From assembly GCA_963666835.2 (NCBI GenBank), contig CAXXGO010000006.1, positions 2,571,743-2,635,742 on the forward strand: a DNA stretch of 64,000 nt. Direction: 5' to 3'. The stretch comes from Phycisphaerae bacterium (lineage in GTDB: Bacteria > Planctomycetota > Phycisphaerae > UBA1845). This document shows positions 27,643-37,704 of the stretch, piece after piece; position 1 is the stretch's first letter, and every line of letters begins with the position of its first letter. The position numbers were made by a program, and so were the translations under genes. A model generated the notes under the pieces. It ran no database searches, was not told where the DNA came from, and was given only the letters and a program-made list of their open reading frames with translations.

Positions 27643-27903
27643 TCCCCATGTGTCACAGCTCTGCCCCGTGACTATACGCAACGGATGGTCCTTAATCAAG
27701 CGAGACCGGGGTCTGTCGCCCGTTTCATCGCCTCATTCGGTCACCCGGGCGCTGGCGCCTCCGGAGAGGCAACGAGTGTCTGCTCTTTCCGCGTTCTGGG
27801 TGTTGTCCCAACATGTATGAGCGGCGCGTTGCTCTATTGCGATGGTCAGCTACCTTGTGCGAACGGTAGCTGATGACGGACTGGTTGAGATTCCCCGAAA
27901 GCG

Positions 27904-29559
27904 TCAATCCCGCAAAGCCGGAGACTTCAGAATTGGGAGTTTGTCGAACTCCTCGACGTTCTTCTTGAGGTCCAACTCTTCCATCAGGATTGCCGGACAG
28001 ATAATACTATGCGGGACGCCCGCCAGGGAGTTGTATGCCTTTCTTTCACTGCCGGCCGCGAGGATTCGTTTGAGAGCCCGGGTCTCGACCGGGAGGAACT
28101 CGAGCCCGCGGACCAGCTCTTCGCGGCCATCTTCCACGAATACCCGGTAAGCGTAGATTGGCGGGCCGAGGTCTCCGTAGCCCCCCGGTTGCATCGCCGC
28201 GATCCGCAAGCCGTACTCCAGACCCTCATCGCGAGCCGCCTGAATAAGCTCCTGGCGCAACTCGTCCGGACTCATTGCGAGAGTGTCGGAGATGTAGAGA
28301 CAGCCGGTTGTCGCTTGCGCGTCACCATATCCGGCAGTGCGGCCATGCCCGGTGGTCTTGGTGATCTTCTTGGTAGGGGCTCGTCCTGCGACGAGGTTCT
28401 TGAGGATACCCTTCTCGGCGATACTCACGCGGGTAGCGGGGATTCCCTCGTCGTCGTACTTATACGCCCCAACCAGAACGGTACCTTCGTATTCCTCCGG
28501 TCCGGGATCGTCGTAAACGTGGAACGATCTCGGCAAGACGCGCAGCCCGAGCTTCTTCTCGAGACTCATATCGCCCCAACCACCTCCGCTGCCGAGTGGT
28601 ATCGGTCTGGCACACACCGCGTGGGCGAAAAGCGCCTCGAAGACCATTCCCGCGGCAATCGGCTCGAACAGAACCGGACCGGTGTACTGTTCGAGCTTGG
28701 GAGTTTTCGCCAACTGGTCCAGCTTTGCGCACATCTCATCGATGTCGGCCATAATCTTATCTGCCGAAGGAAGCTGGTCGAGTCGCTCACCGATGTAACG
28801 GAGGCTGTCGGAAAGGTGCATGCCCTCCGGAGCTTGAGTCGCTGCGCCGATCTCGAGGTATACGCCGGTATCGCTTACCAGGATCCGCGTCCCTTCGGAA
28901 TTGACCAGGTAATTCGTCGATGTGCCGGCCAACATCCGGACAACGGAATCTTGAATGTGCGGGTGCTTCTTGAACGTGGCGGAGAGTTTCTTGACAGTCT
29001 CTTCCCATTCCTTTGAGTCGAAATCCAAGTGAGCCGGCGAGTCGAAGTAGCTGACCGGGTCCGCCGGAGTGAAATCGTCCGGGCGGTCCTCGATGTTGGT
29101 GCTCTTGAGATAGGCGATCTTACGCGTAAGAGTCTCGACCGCCCGCTTGTAGTCGGCGTCCGTCATCCGCCAGATGGCGTGGCGGATGGCGACGTAATCA
29201 TCGTCCAACGGAAGCGGCACGCGCAGTCCGTAGGCTGGCGGAGCGTTCGTGTTGTCCAGCTCGTACGATCCGACCCGCACGCGCGTTGTTAGCACGCGGG
29301 TCCGGTTATCGCCGGAATCCAACAGGCCGCCAAGGGCGGCGCTGATGGAATGTGTCCAGCGGTCTTCCGCGACGTACTGCATGAAGTACGGCCGCGGCAG
29401 GTCTTCGAAGCTCAGTCGGCTCATCGAGCGGTCCATCTCGTCCACCATGGCCTCGAGAAGAACGTCGGCGGGCGGCTCGGTTGCGACTGGCCCGGCGTGG
29501 GCGGCTGCGGAGACCAATGCTGCAAGAACCAGCAATCGAGTCATGTATGCAAAAGACAT
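27904..29559 (-). CDS. TldD/PmbA-family protein, PmbA/TldE-like (no HExxxH), with signal peptide
   Basis: The ATG at 29559 gives MSFAYMTRLLVLAALVSAAAHAG. It is homologous in layout to the upstream TldD-like gene, but the metal motif position reads FEALFAHAV. The C-terminal pattern is typical of the family (YISDTLAMSP..., GLEFLPVETRALKRI). Confidence 0.75.
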   Translation of the reverse strand: MSFAYMTRLLVLAALVSAAAHAGPVATEPPADVLLEAMVDEMDRSMSRLSFEDLPRPYFMQYVAEDRWTHSISAALGGLLDSGDNRTRVLTTRVRVGSYELDNTNAPPAYGLRVPLPLDDDYVAIRHAIWRMTDADYKRAVETLTRKIAYLKSTNIEDRPDDFTPADPVSYFDSPAHLDFDSKEWEETVKKLSATFKKHPHIQDSVVRMLAGTSTNYLVNSEGTRILVSDTGVYLEIGAATQAPEGMHLSDSLRYIGERLDQLPSADKIMADIDEMCAKLDQLAKTPKLEQYTGPVLFEPIAAGMVFEALFAHAVCARPIPLGSGGGWGDMSLEKKLGLRVLPRSFHVYDDPGPEEYEGTVLVGAYKYDDEGIPATRVSIAEKGILKNLVAGRAPTKKITKTTGHGRTAGYGDAQATTGCLYISDTLAMSPDELRQELIQAARDEGLEYGLRIAAMQPGGYGDLGPPIYAYRVFVEDGREELVRGLEFLPVETRALKRILAAGSERKAYNSLAGVPHSIICPAILMEELDLKKNVEEFDKLPILKSPALRD

Positions 29560-29638
29560 TCGGGTCTGCTCCCAGGGTTTGCCGAGTTCGTTGATACTGG
29601 TCCGGCGAACGGACGGCGCCGTGCCGTCCACCTTACTG

Positions 29639-31354
29639 TTACTGCTTCTTGGCAAGGGGCGGCTCCAGGAATGGCGGGCGGCTTTGCCCCCGGGTCCGTT
29701 TCTCAATCTCGATAGTCGAGACCAGAATGCTCGGGGAGATGGCCGATACGGGGAGCCATCCCGACTCCGCCCCGCATGAGCCGTTGAACACCGCGGGATC
29801 ATCTGCAGTATGCATGATCTTCTCGAAGCTGGTCAGCGGCGTGCCGACGATGTCCGCCCCCCGGATAAGCTCGTCCGGACGTCCGTCCGCAAAGACCCGG
29901 TACACGACGATCGGGTTGACTTTGAACGACTGCGGTCCACGACGGGACGTCCGCGTAAACCCACCGGAAATGTCCTCGAAATAGAGTCCGTACGGTTTGT
30001 CCTGTCGTTGGCACTCCTCGATCAGTAGTTTGCGAAGCTCGGCAAACGTCACCTGGTCGGCCGATTCCACCACCAGATTGCCCTGGCGGGCGACCACGGC
30101 ATTGCCGGAGGAGCGCCGGCCATGCCCGTTGGACTTCGGAGCGTGCTCGATCGGCCGGCGGGACATAAGAAAGGTCTTGAGGATTCCGGACTCGACCAAC
30201 GGTACGCGAACCGCCCGTACCCCTTCGTCATCGAACAAGTAATACCCGCGAAGATCGCAATCTCCGTACTTCTTCATCGTGGGGTCGTCGTACACGTCCA
30301 GGAACTTCGGCAGGATTTGCTTGTTGATCTTCTTTCCGAAGGTCTGCCCTTCGGTGACGTCCTTCTGGCGGTGCCCCTCCATTCGATGGCCGAAGATCTC
30401 GTGAAAGAAGACCGCGCTGGCCCGGTTGGAGAGGATGGCCGGCCCGATATACGGTTCGGCCAACGGGGCCTCGCGGAGGGCGAGGACCTGATCAATCACG
30501 CTCTGGAACGCGGCCGTAATCTCTGTGTCGTTCGGCAGGCTGTCCGCGGTGGCGGCGTTGAAGTCAAATGACTGGTCGAGGTCCATTCCGTCTTCGGCCT
30601 TCGTTGTGGCAGTTATCGTGATGCGGTAACGCCGCGACGCGGTCTGCAGCCGCGTTCCTTCGCTCGACACCATGTACCTCGTCCCGGCGAAGGTGCCGAC
30701 CGTGATCTGGGAGGAATAGATGAGGGGATAATCTCTCGCTATCGCGGAGATCTTACGCAGCCGGTCCGCCCAGTTGGCGCGGTCGAAGACCGTATCAAGC
30801 GATTCTTCGTAGTGAACGTGGCTTTCTTCGCGGCTGAAATCGTCGGACTGATCCTCCTCTTCAACTTTGATGGTCAGGTCCGTTTTGATCTGTGTGAGTC
30901 GCTTGACGGCGCTTTTGAACACCCGGTCAGTGTGATACCACAGCGCGTTCCGGATAGAGTCCACATTGCCGTCCAGCGCTAACGGGATGCTTCCGCTGCC
31001 GGAAGCGTGGGATGCGCCTCCGCCGCGCAACTGATGCGTGTTGTCCAAAGTGTAGTCGCCGACCCGCAGGTCGATGTTCAGGCTGCGCTGATCGTCACGA
31101 GTGTCCCGCGTAATAGCCCCCAAAGTCGCTGCCAGCAGAGCGGTGTGCTCCTCATAAACCGTATAGCTCATAAAATACGGCCGCGTGCCATCCTCCGCGA
31201 CGAGGTTGGCCATCGCGTAGTGCAACTCGCCGGTCAGCACGCCCATCAGAGGATGTGCTGAAGCCTCGCTCTTTGCCTGGGCTGCGGCCTCGGAATAGAA
31301 CAACCCGGCGACAAGGGCGATTGCCAACACGGCCGGAACGACTTTGGATTTCAT
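29639..31354 (-). CDS. TldD-like zinc metallopeptidase with signal peptide
   Basis: Signal peptide MKSKVVPAVLAIALVAGLFYSEAAAQ. The HEIFGHRMEGHR motif is the TldD-type HExxxH. GRRSSGNAVVARQGNLVVE and FKVNPIVVYRVF are typical of the TldD/PmbA fold. Confidence 0.8.
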   Translation of the reverse strand: MKSKVVPAVLAIALVAGLFYSEAAAQAKSEASAHPLMGVLTGELHYAMANLVAEDGTRPYFMSYTVYEEHTALLAATLGAITRDTRDDQRSLNIDLRVGDYTLDNTHQLRGGGASHASGSGSIPLALDGNVDSIRNALWYHTDRVFKSAVKRLTQIKTDLTIKVEEEDQSDDFSREESHVHYEESLDTVFDRANWADRLRKISAIARDYPLIYSSQITVGTFAGTRYMVSSEGTRLQTASRRYRITITATTKAEDGMDLDQSFDFNAATADSLPNDTEITAAFQSVIDQVLALREAPLAEPYIGPAILSNRASAVFFHEIFGHRMEGHRQKDVTEGQTFGKKINKQILPKFLDVYDDPTMKKYGDCDLRGYYLFDDEGVRAVRVPLVESGILKTFLMSRRPIEHAPKSNGHGRRSSGNAVVARQGNLVVESADQVTFAELRKLLIEECQRQDKPYGLYFEDISGGFTRTSRRGPQSFKVNPIVVYRVFADGRPDELIRGADIVGTPLTSFEKIMHTADDPAVFNGSCGAESGWLPVSAISPSILVSTIEIEKRTRGQSRPPFLEPPLAKKQ

Positions 31355-31488
31355 TGAAGACCCTTTCAGTCAGGGTACCTGCCCCGCGTGAGAACCTGTT
31401 TCTGTTATCGGCCGCTGAAGGAGGGGTGTTAAGCGTTAGATCGTTCCAACCCGGCTGTTCTGCCTGGGAACCTCGCTCGACCGAACTC

Positions 31489-32496
31489 CTACGCCTCCAC
31501 CATACGGGTAACGTGCAAGGTCACGGAATCGCCCAGGGCGTCGAGGTTGTAGCCGCCCTCCAGGATGCTGATAAGCCGTCCCTCACAGTGTCGCCGGGCC
31601 GCACTCAGCACCTCATCCGTCATCCAGCCGTACGACTCCGTCTCCAAATTCAGCGGAGCAAGCGGATCGGCGCGGTGGGCGTCAAACCCTGCCGACAGTA
31701 AGACAAACTGAGGTCCGTACTTGTCGATGGCCGGGATAACCGTGCCGCTGAACGCCCGGCGATAATCGTCATCGTTAGCGCCCGGCATCATCGGTAGGTT
31801 GATCGTATACCCTTCGCCGGCGTCGCTACCCGTCTCACTGGCCACTCCGGTGCCTGGATAGACGTAATCAGGGTGGCCGTGGAGGCTGATGAACAAGACC
31901 CGCGGGTCCGCCTCGAAGGTGTGCTGCGTTCCATTCCCGTGGTGTACGTCCCAATCGAGAATCAGAACGCGGGCCAGCTCGTATCTGTCTATCAAGTGCT
32001 GGGCGGCTAGCGCGATGTTGTTGAACAGGCAGAAGCCCATCGATCGGTCGCGTTCAGCGTGGTGCCCCGGCGGGCGAACGGGGCAGAAGGCGTTGTTCAC
32101 ACGCCCCGTCATAACATCGTCAACGGCGTTGATCACCGCACCGGCGGCGAGCTTGGCGATACCGAAGCTTCCCTCGCATATCGCCGTGTCGGTAACGTCA
32201 ATGAACGGGAGGTTCACCTGGCAGGCGTGTTCTAAGCGTTCGACATACTCGTTGTCGTGGATCCTCGCCACCAGGGACATGTCTACGTCCGATGTTTCGA
32301 CCTTGCGACAGGTCTCGGTCAGGCCGCTGTGGCGGAGCACCGATTCAATCCGCACGAGCCTTTGAGGGGCCTCAGGATGGTCCGGACCGGTTATATGGTA
32401 CTGGAACCGCTCGTCCTGGGCCAAACCGGTCTTTGCCAACACATGCTCCTTACGCTTTTCGGATCCGCGAGCCAACGTCGAGTCGGCATGAGTCAC
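31489..32496 (-). CDS. histone deacetylase-family (arginase-fold) deacetylase
   Basis: FCPVRPPGHHAERDRSMGFCLFNNIALAA...VLILDWDVHHGNGTQHTF...SLHGHP...SAGFDAH are classic HDAC/AcuC motifs. The start at 32496 is a GTG. Confidence 0.85.
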   Translation of the reverse strand: MTHADSTLARGSEKRKEHVLAKTGLAQDERFQYHITGPDHPEAPQRLVRIESVLRHSGLTETCRKVETSDVDMSLVARIHDNEYVERLEHACQVNLPFIDVTDTAICEGSFGIAKLAAGAVINAVDDVMTGRVNNAFCPVRPPGHHAERDRSMGFCLFNNIALAAQHLIDRYELARVLILDWDVHHGNGTQHTFEADPRVLFISLHGHPDYVYPGTGVASETGSDAGEGYTINLPMMPGANDDDYRRAFSGTVIPAIDKYGPQFVLLSAGFDAHRADPLAPLNLETESYGWMTDEVLSAARRHCEGRLISILEGGYNLDALGDSVTLHVTRMVEA

Positions 32497-32806
32497 TCGG
32501 TGTTTATAGCAGCGTTGTGCATGCCCGGAAAGTGCTCGCCGGATCAGTTGGCTGTCTGAGTCTCTTTTCTAAGTAAGACTGGGTGGACCGCCTCCTTCGG
32601 CGGTGCGATAGCCGACGATCGTCCCCCGTGCGACACGCGTTGTTGTGTTTCCGGCGACTCGTTATCGTGTTGAGTGCCGCGCACGCGGTTGCCCGGTCGA
32701 TTGATCGGTTTCCACCGGGGTGCAACATTGGCGTCACGGGCGTTATGACCGCTTCGCAGGAGGTTTCGCCGAACATGTTGACTGTTCGTCTCAAAGCCGG
32801 GACCGG

Positions 32807-35101
32807 CTACGTTAGCGACAGGGGATCGACATCCAGGATGAGCGACTCGGCTTTCGTGCGCAACCCGTGAGTCTTGTTCAGGTGGTCTAAAACCGTCTGC
32901 ATGGCGCTGGCCGTCAATGTCCGGATCAGCAGGTCATAACGATACCGCCCGCGGAGTCGGGTGATCATGCAAGGCGTGGGTCCGAGCACGTCGGCATGCT
33001 CCAGGGATAGTGACGTAATTGCGTCATCGATTCGCCCGTGCAGGGCTTCGGCTTCTTGCCGGGCGGTGGCCTCGCGAGGGTGGGCCAGGACCACCCGCGC
33101 CAGCCGGGAATATGGAGGCAGACCCACCGCCTGCCGGCTCTTCATCTCCGCCTCGACGAAAGACTCGTAATCGTGATTAAGTGCGAAGGTCAAAGCCGGG
33201 ATAGCCGGCGACGTGGTTTGCACCACTACGGTTCCCGCCTGGTCGTGACGTCCCGCCCTCCCGGCCACCTGCGTGATTAACTGGAACAACCGCTCGTGAG
33301 CGCGGAAATCAGCACCCGTCCCCGCGGGTTCCGCGCTGATGACGCCGACGAAGGACACGCCGGGAAAGTCCAGGCCTTTGGCAATCATCTGCGTGCCCAC
33401 GACGATGTCTATTCTGTGATTCTCAACATCGCGGACGGTCTCTTCGTAGTGATTCCGACGGGTCATCGTATCGCTGTCCACGCGGGCGATGCGGGCGTGG
33501 GGGAACCGGTTGCGCAAGACATCCTCGACCTGCTGCGTGCCCAACCCGAGCTGCACCAGACGCTCGCCACACATTACGTTGGGACACTTCGTCGGCGTAG
33601 GCATGCGGTGCCGGCAATAGTGACAGATAGAGTCACCCGTGGACGTGTGAACGACCAAACCGACGTTGCAGTTTGAACAAGTGAGGCTGATCCTGCAGGA
33701 CGGGCAATACAGGCGGTTGGCGAAACCCCGCCGGTTCATGAGAATCAGCGATTGCTCACCCCGTTGCAGGGTCAGCGACAGCATTCGTTCCATCGAACGC
33801 GACACTACCACGTTCTGCTTACACTCGGCGTTCTCATCACGCATGTCGACCAGGTGTACCTTCGGCATGGGCAGCGATTTCACCCGATGGCGGATGGTTA
33901 TCCGCTCGTAGTGGTCGCGGTGAATACTGTTGTACCAGGTTTCGATCGATGGCGTGGCCGAGCCGAGAACTACCGGAATATCATGTTGCTTGCCGCGCAG
34001 GATAGCTACATCGCGCACGTTGAATCGCGGGGCTTGCAGGTTCTTGTAGCTGCTCTCCTGTTCCTCGTCGACGCAGATCAGGCCGAGGTTGGGGCAGGGG
34101 GCGAACACGGCGCTGCGCGTCCCGATGACCACGGTCTTCTCGCCGCCGGCGATTCTCTGCCAGAGCACCGACCGTTGGGCGCCGGTAAGCGCGCTGTGAT
34201 TGACCGCGACATTCTCGAAGCGCGAGGTGAGGCGTTTAACAAGCTGGGTGGTCAGGACGATTTCCGGAACGAGGAGGATGGCTTGCTTGCCGGCCGCCAC
34301 CACGCGGCGAATCGCCCGAATATATACTTCTGTCTTACCGCAGCCGCTGACTCCGAACACAAGGGTCACGGAGAAACCGCCATCGTCGATCCGCTGGTTG
34401 ATTCGCTCCAAAGCGTGGTTCTGCTCGGCGTTAAGTTCGAACGAAGGCTCGACAAGTGGTACGGGGGTATCCGGATCGTCGCGGAGCTCCTTGTGCTCCG
34501 TGATCTGCACCCAGCCGCGTTTTGCTATTGCCTGCAGAGTGGCGCGTGACGTTGCGGTGGTCTGCAACAACGAATCCAGTGGGATCGGGTGTGTGGCTGC
34601 TGCGAGAACATCGAGCACCGCTTGGCGACCCGGAGTGATCCGGGCACCGCTCGCCACGATCTCGCCGATCGCAAGGGCGAGGCGGGCGTAGCGGATGGTC
34701 TTCATTCCGCTTTGCCGCCGAACCGGCTCCGGGGTGAGCGCCTTGAGCGTCTGTCCGAGCGGACACGCGTAGTGTTGCGAGATTCGGCGTCCCAGATCGA
34801 TGAGCTTGTGGTCAAGGTAGCTGGTCGGGTCGACCACGGAAGCGATCGGTTGGAGCGTGCCTTGCCATTCCTTGCGGTCCAACCCCACCACGAATCCGCG
34901 TACGAGGCGATTGCGACGCCCGATCGGAACTTCGACCCGGTGCCCGAGCCGGATCGACTCGGTCAGGCTCGCCGGGACGGAGAACGAGTAAGTGCGATTC
35001 GTGGGTATGATCGGTGCGACCTCAACTACCATGCCTTCGAACCGTTCGCCTTCTTCGACCCACAGGAATCCGGTTTGTGGCGATGTGTTGGTTCGAGCCA
35101 T
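32807..35101 (-). CDS. priA: primosomal protein N' (replication restart helicase)
   Basis: Walker A GVSGCGKTEVY, DEEQESSYK, the Cys-rich insert CPSCRISLTCSNCNVGLVVH...CHYCRH...CPNVMCG and helicase motif VGTQMIAKGLDF are all present. Confidence 0.92.
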   Translation of the reverse strand: MARTNTSPQTGFLWVEEGERFEGMVVEVAPIIPTNRTYSFSVPASLTESIRLGHRVEVPIGRRNRLVRGFVVGLDRKEWQGTLQPIASVVDPTSYLDHKLIDLGRRISQHYACPLGQTLKALTPEPVRRQSGMKTIRYARLALAIGEIVASGARITPGRQAVLDVLAAATHPIPLDSLLQTTATSRATLQAIAKRGWVQITEHKELRDDPDTPVPLVEPSFELNAEQNHALERINQRIDDGGFSVTLVFGVSGCGKTEVYIRAIRRVVAAGKQAILLVPEIVLTTQLVKRLTSRFENVAVNHSALTGAQRSVLWQRIAGGEKTVVIGTRSAVFAPCPNLGLICVDEEQESSYKNLQAPRFNVRDVAILRGKQHDIPVVLGSATPSIETWYNSIHRDHYERITIRHRVKSLPMPKVHLVDMRDENAECKQNVVVSRSMERMLSLTLQRGEQSLILMNRRGFANRLYCPSCRISLTCSNCNVGLVVHTSTGDSICHYCRHRMPTPTKCPNVMCGERLVQLGLGTQQVEDVLRNRFPHARIARVDSDTMTRRNHYEETVRDVENHRIDIVVGTQMIAKGLDFPGVSFVGVISAEPAGTGADFRAHERLFQLITQVAGRAGRHDQAGTVVVQTTSPAIPALTFALNHDYESFVEAEMKSRQAVGLPPYSRLARVVLAHPREATARQEAEALHGRIDDAITSLSLEHADVLGPTPCMITRLRGRYRYDLLIRTLTASAMQTVLDHLNKTHGLRTKAESLILDVDPLSLT

Positions 35102-35336
35102 GACGAGAAGCCAACCTGTCTCGTACGCCGCTGGAATGGAGACGTACTCTGTCCCGATTGCGCGAAGGCGCAGCCGAGGTGCCTTTGATCATCCTTGTGG
35201 ATTATGACGCAGGCCGAGATGATTGGCCACGTCGGGCGCTTAGCCAGTGATAGAGATCCAGCCGGCGGTTCATTCCGGTCGGTGCTGGCTCGTCCGCCGA
35301 TGCGGAGGTGACTCCCGAATCCGTATCAGTGGGGAA

Positions 35337-35777
35337 TCAGTGGCAGCTCGGCGGAATGGGCCTTTCCGGATGGGGCTTCTCGCCGGGGTCCTGGTAGTTA
35401 CGGAATCCGGTGATCTGGGGCATGTCCTCCGGTTTCTCTGACGGATGCACGGAGAAATTCTCTACCCGTACGATCTCCTCGAATGGAACCGTCACTACGA
35501 ACGCGCCGACTTTGTAGTGATCGTCGACCGGCTCGCACTCGAAGACCAGGTGCGATTTGCTCTCTACGTCTGCAATCTCCCGGACTTCGTAGCTGAACCC
35601 ATCTCTCAGGTAGATGAGCGTTCGCATCTCCAACTCGGACTGGAACTTCTCGATCTCCTCATCATCGACGAAGGTCTCCGGGTCCCGATCGGGGTATCGG
35701 CGGAGCACGCACCGCCATCTCGCTTCCAACTGTTGCTGGGCGAACGCCGGACCGTGGAACCAATCATAGTTGAACAT
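35337..35777 (-). CDS. hypothetical protein (146 aa)
   Basis: ATG at 35777 (the track start at 35786 is GTG). MFNYDWFHGPAFAQQQLEARWRCVLRRYPDRDPETFVDDEEIEKF... The composition looks coding. I recognise no family. Confidence 0.45.
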   Translation of the reverse strand: MFNYDWFHGPAFAQQQLEARWRCVLRRYPDRDPETFVDDEEIEKFQSELEMRTLIYLRDGFSYEVREIADVESKSHLVFECEPVDDHYKVGAFVVTVPFEEIVRVENFSVHPSEKPEDMPQITGFRNYQDPGEKPHPERPIPPSCH

Positions 35778-35927
35778 ACGTGACACTCGCTCTGAGGACG
35801 ACGGCGTTGTCCGGTCCCTTCGGAACCGGGTCGGCGCAATCTGCGACGAAGCGACGCACCGTAGTCGTTGGCGGGGCGACCGTCAATTGGCATCGCACTC
35901 TATGTATCGGTCCGGCACGGGAGTACC

Positions 35928-36899
35928 ATGTACCTAATGGACCACTTCACAGCGAGCAAGTTCGTCAAGAAAGCCGCGATGGACATTGGTTTCGATGCCT
36001 GCGGAATTACCCGGGCTGTCCAGAGCAGGCGTGCGGGCTACCTCCGGAAGTGGCTACGCGATGGGCGAGCAGGGACAATGCAATATCTCCACCGTCACGT
36101 GGATTCGCGGGAGGATCCCACCCGGTTGCTTCCGGGCGCCAGAAGTGTGATCGTGGTCGCTTTATCATACAACCAACCTGGTCCCGGCGGGTCTGATAAT
36201 CCCGGCCTGACGGGCCGGGTGTCCAGGTACGCGTGGGGTCGAGACTACCATCGACTAGTCAAGAACAAGCTACTCGTGATTGCGGATCGGATCAGAGCCG
36301 AAATCGACAGCGCAATTGAGACGAAGGTCTGCGTCGACACCGTGCCAATCATGGAACGCGACCTGGCCGCCGAGGCGGGGGTCGGCTGGATCGGCAAGAA
36401 CACAATGGTGGTCAATCGAGAGCTCGGGAGTTTCTTCTTTCTGGGAGCGATCGTGACCACGCTGGAGCTGGTGCCGGATGATCCGCTTCCCGGCGGTTGC
36501 GGGACATGCACGGCATGCCTGGATGCCTGTCCGACGAACGCTCTTACGGCTCCCTATGAGATGGACGCGTCCCGCTGCATCAGCTATTTGACCATCGAGC
36601 ACCGCGAAACAATCCCGCCGGCACTGGCCGGGTTGATGGGGGACTGGTTGTTCGGATGTGATATCTGCCAGGACGTGTGTCCCTACAACCGGCGGCCGAT
36701 GCCGACGCGCGAGCCACGGTTTGCAGTTCGGCCACCGGGGCCGCGCCCTGAACTCGAGGAGGTTCTTTCGTGGGCCGTCGAGGACTACGAGGCGAACCTA
36801 CGCGGCAGCGCTGCGAAACGTGCCTCGTTCGAGATGTGGCAGCGGAACGCGCGAATCGCCCTGAGCAACGCGCGAGGACGAGCGTTGCCGGGCGGATGA
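35928..36899 (+). CDS. queG: tRNA epoxyqueuosine(34) reductase
   Basis: GWIGKNTMVVNRELGSFFFLG, CGTCTACLDACPTNAL, CISYLTIEHR and GCDICQDVCPYN are QueG hallmark motifs. The start is ATG at 35928 or 35937. Confidence 0.88.
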   Translation: MYLMDHFTASKFVKKAAMDIGFDACGITRAVQSRRAGYLRKWLRDGRAGTMQYLHRHVDSREDPTRLLPGARSVIVVALSYNQPGPGGSDNPGLTGRVSRYAWGRDYHRLVKNKLLVIADRIRAEIDSAIETKVCVDTVPIMERDLAAEAGVGWIGKNTMVVNRELGSFFFLGAIVTTLELVPDDPLPGGCGTCTACLDACPTNALTAPYEMDASRCISYLTIEHRETIPPALAGLMGDWLFGCDICQDVCPYNRRPMPTREPRFAVRPPGPRPELEEVLSWAVEDYEANLRGSAAKRASFEMWQRNARIALSNARGRALPGG

Positions 36900-37170
36900 G
36901 GGGATATTGCCGGGCGGTACGGCCTTGCCGCCGGTGTCACCGCGCCGCAGCGTGGGTGTTTCAGTTGAGGTGCTTAAATGCCCGTTATCCGCCCCTACGG
37001 GTTTGTCAGGGGATGGTCGAGGCTTGGTCCGGAAACCCGGAAACCGTGGTTGGCTGGCGACCCTTGTAGAGAATCCGGAGGAGTGGTAACATACGGATCT
37101 GCACGAGGATGGAGGGGGGTAGCTCCACTTGCGTGTCTTTCTGCGTACATGGGAGGGATGTGACGTGAAG

Positions 37171-37587
37171 ATGCGTGCGGCTAAACTGCCGGCTATTGTC
37201 GTTCTTGCGGTAGGAACGGCGGGTGCGTTCGCGCTGGCTCCGACTGAGTACTCGCTCGACTGGTTCACCGTTGATGGCGGTGGGCGAACGGACATGGTCG
37301 GCGGCCATTTCGAGCTGAGCGGGACTATCGGCCAGTGGGATGCCGGTACTCCGATGACGGGTAGAGGATTCACGTTGACCGGCGGGTTCTGGTTTGGGAT
37401 CACCCAGGACGACTGCAACAGCGACGGCGGAGTGAACCTCTACGACTACGAGGACCTCAGAACATGCCTCCAAGGCCCCAGTGCGGACCCCGGTCACGAT
37501 TACTGTGGCTGCTTCGATTCGGATCGGGACAAAGACATCGACCTACTTGATTTTGCCGAGTTTCAGGGTCTTTTTCAGAATCCGTAG
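37171..37587 (+). CDS. small secreted protein (GGFW-type beta domain + dockerin-like tail)
   Basis: ATG at 37171: MRAAKLPAIVVLAVGTAGAFALA, then YSLDWFTVDGGGRTDMVGGHFELSGTIGQWDAGTPMTGRGFTLTGGFWFG. The tail is DDCNSDGGVNLYDYEDLRTC...C.CFDSDRDKDIDLLDFAEFQGLF. Confidence 0.6.
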   Translation: MRAAKLPAIVVLAVGTAGAFALAPTEYSLDWFTVDGGGRTDMVGGHFELSGTIGQWDAGTPMTGRGFTLTGGFWFGITQDDCNSDGGVNLYDYEDLRTCLQGPSADPGHDYCGCFDSDRDKDIDLLDFAEFQGLFQNP

Positions 37588-37704
37588 ACCCTGCCGAGAG
37601 CAGAACTAATCCGTAGCGCGCCTGTGGGTCTCGTGAGCGGTTAGCCAAGGGGCGCGGTGCGTGCGAATTACATGCCAAGATCACACGAAAGGACACGATA
37701 GCAG

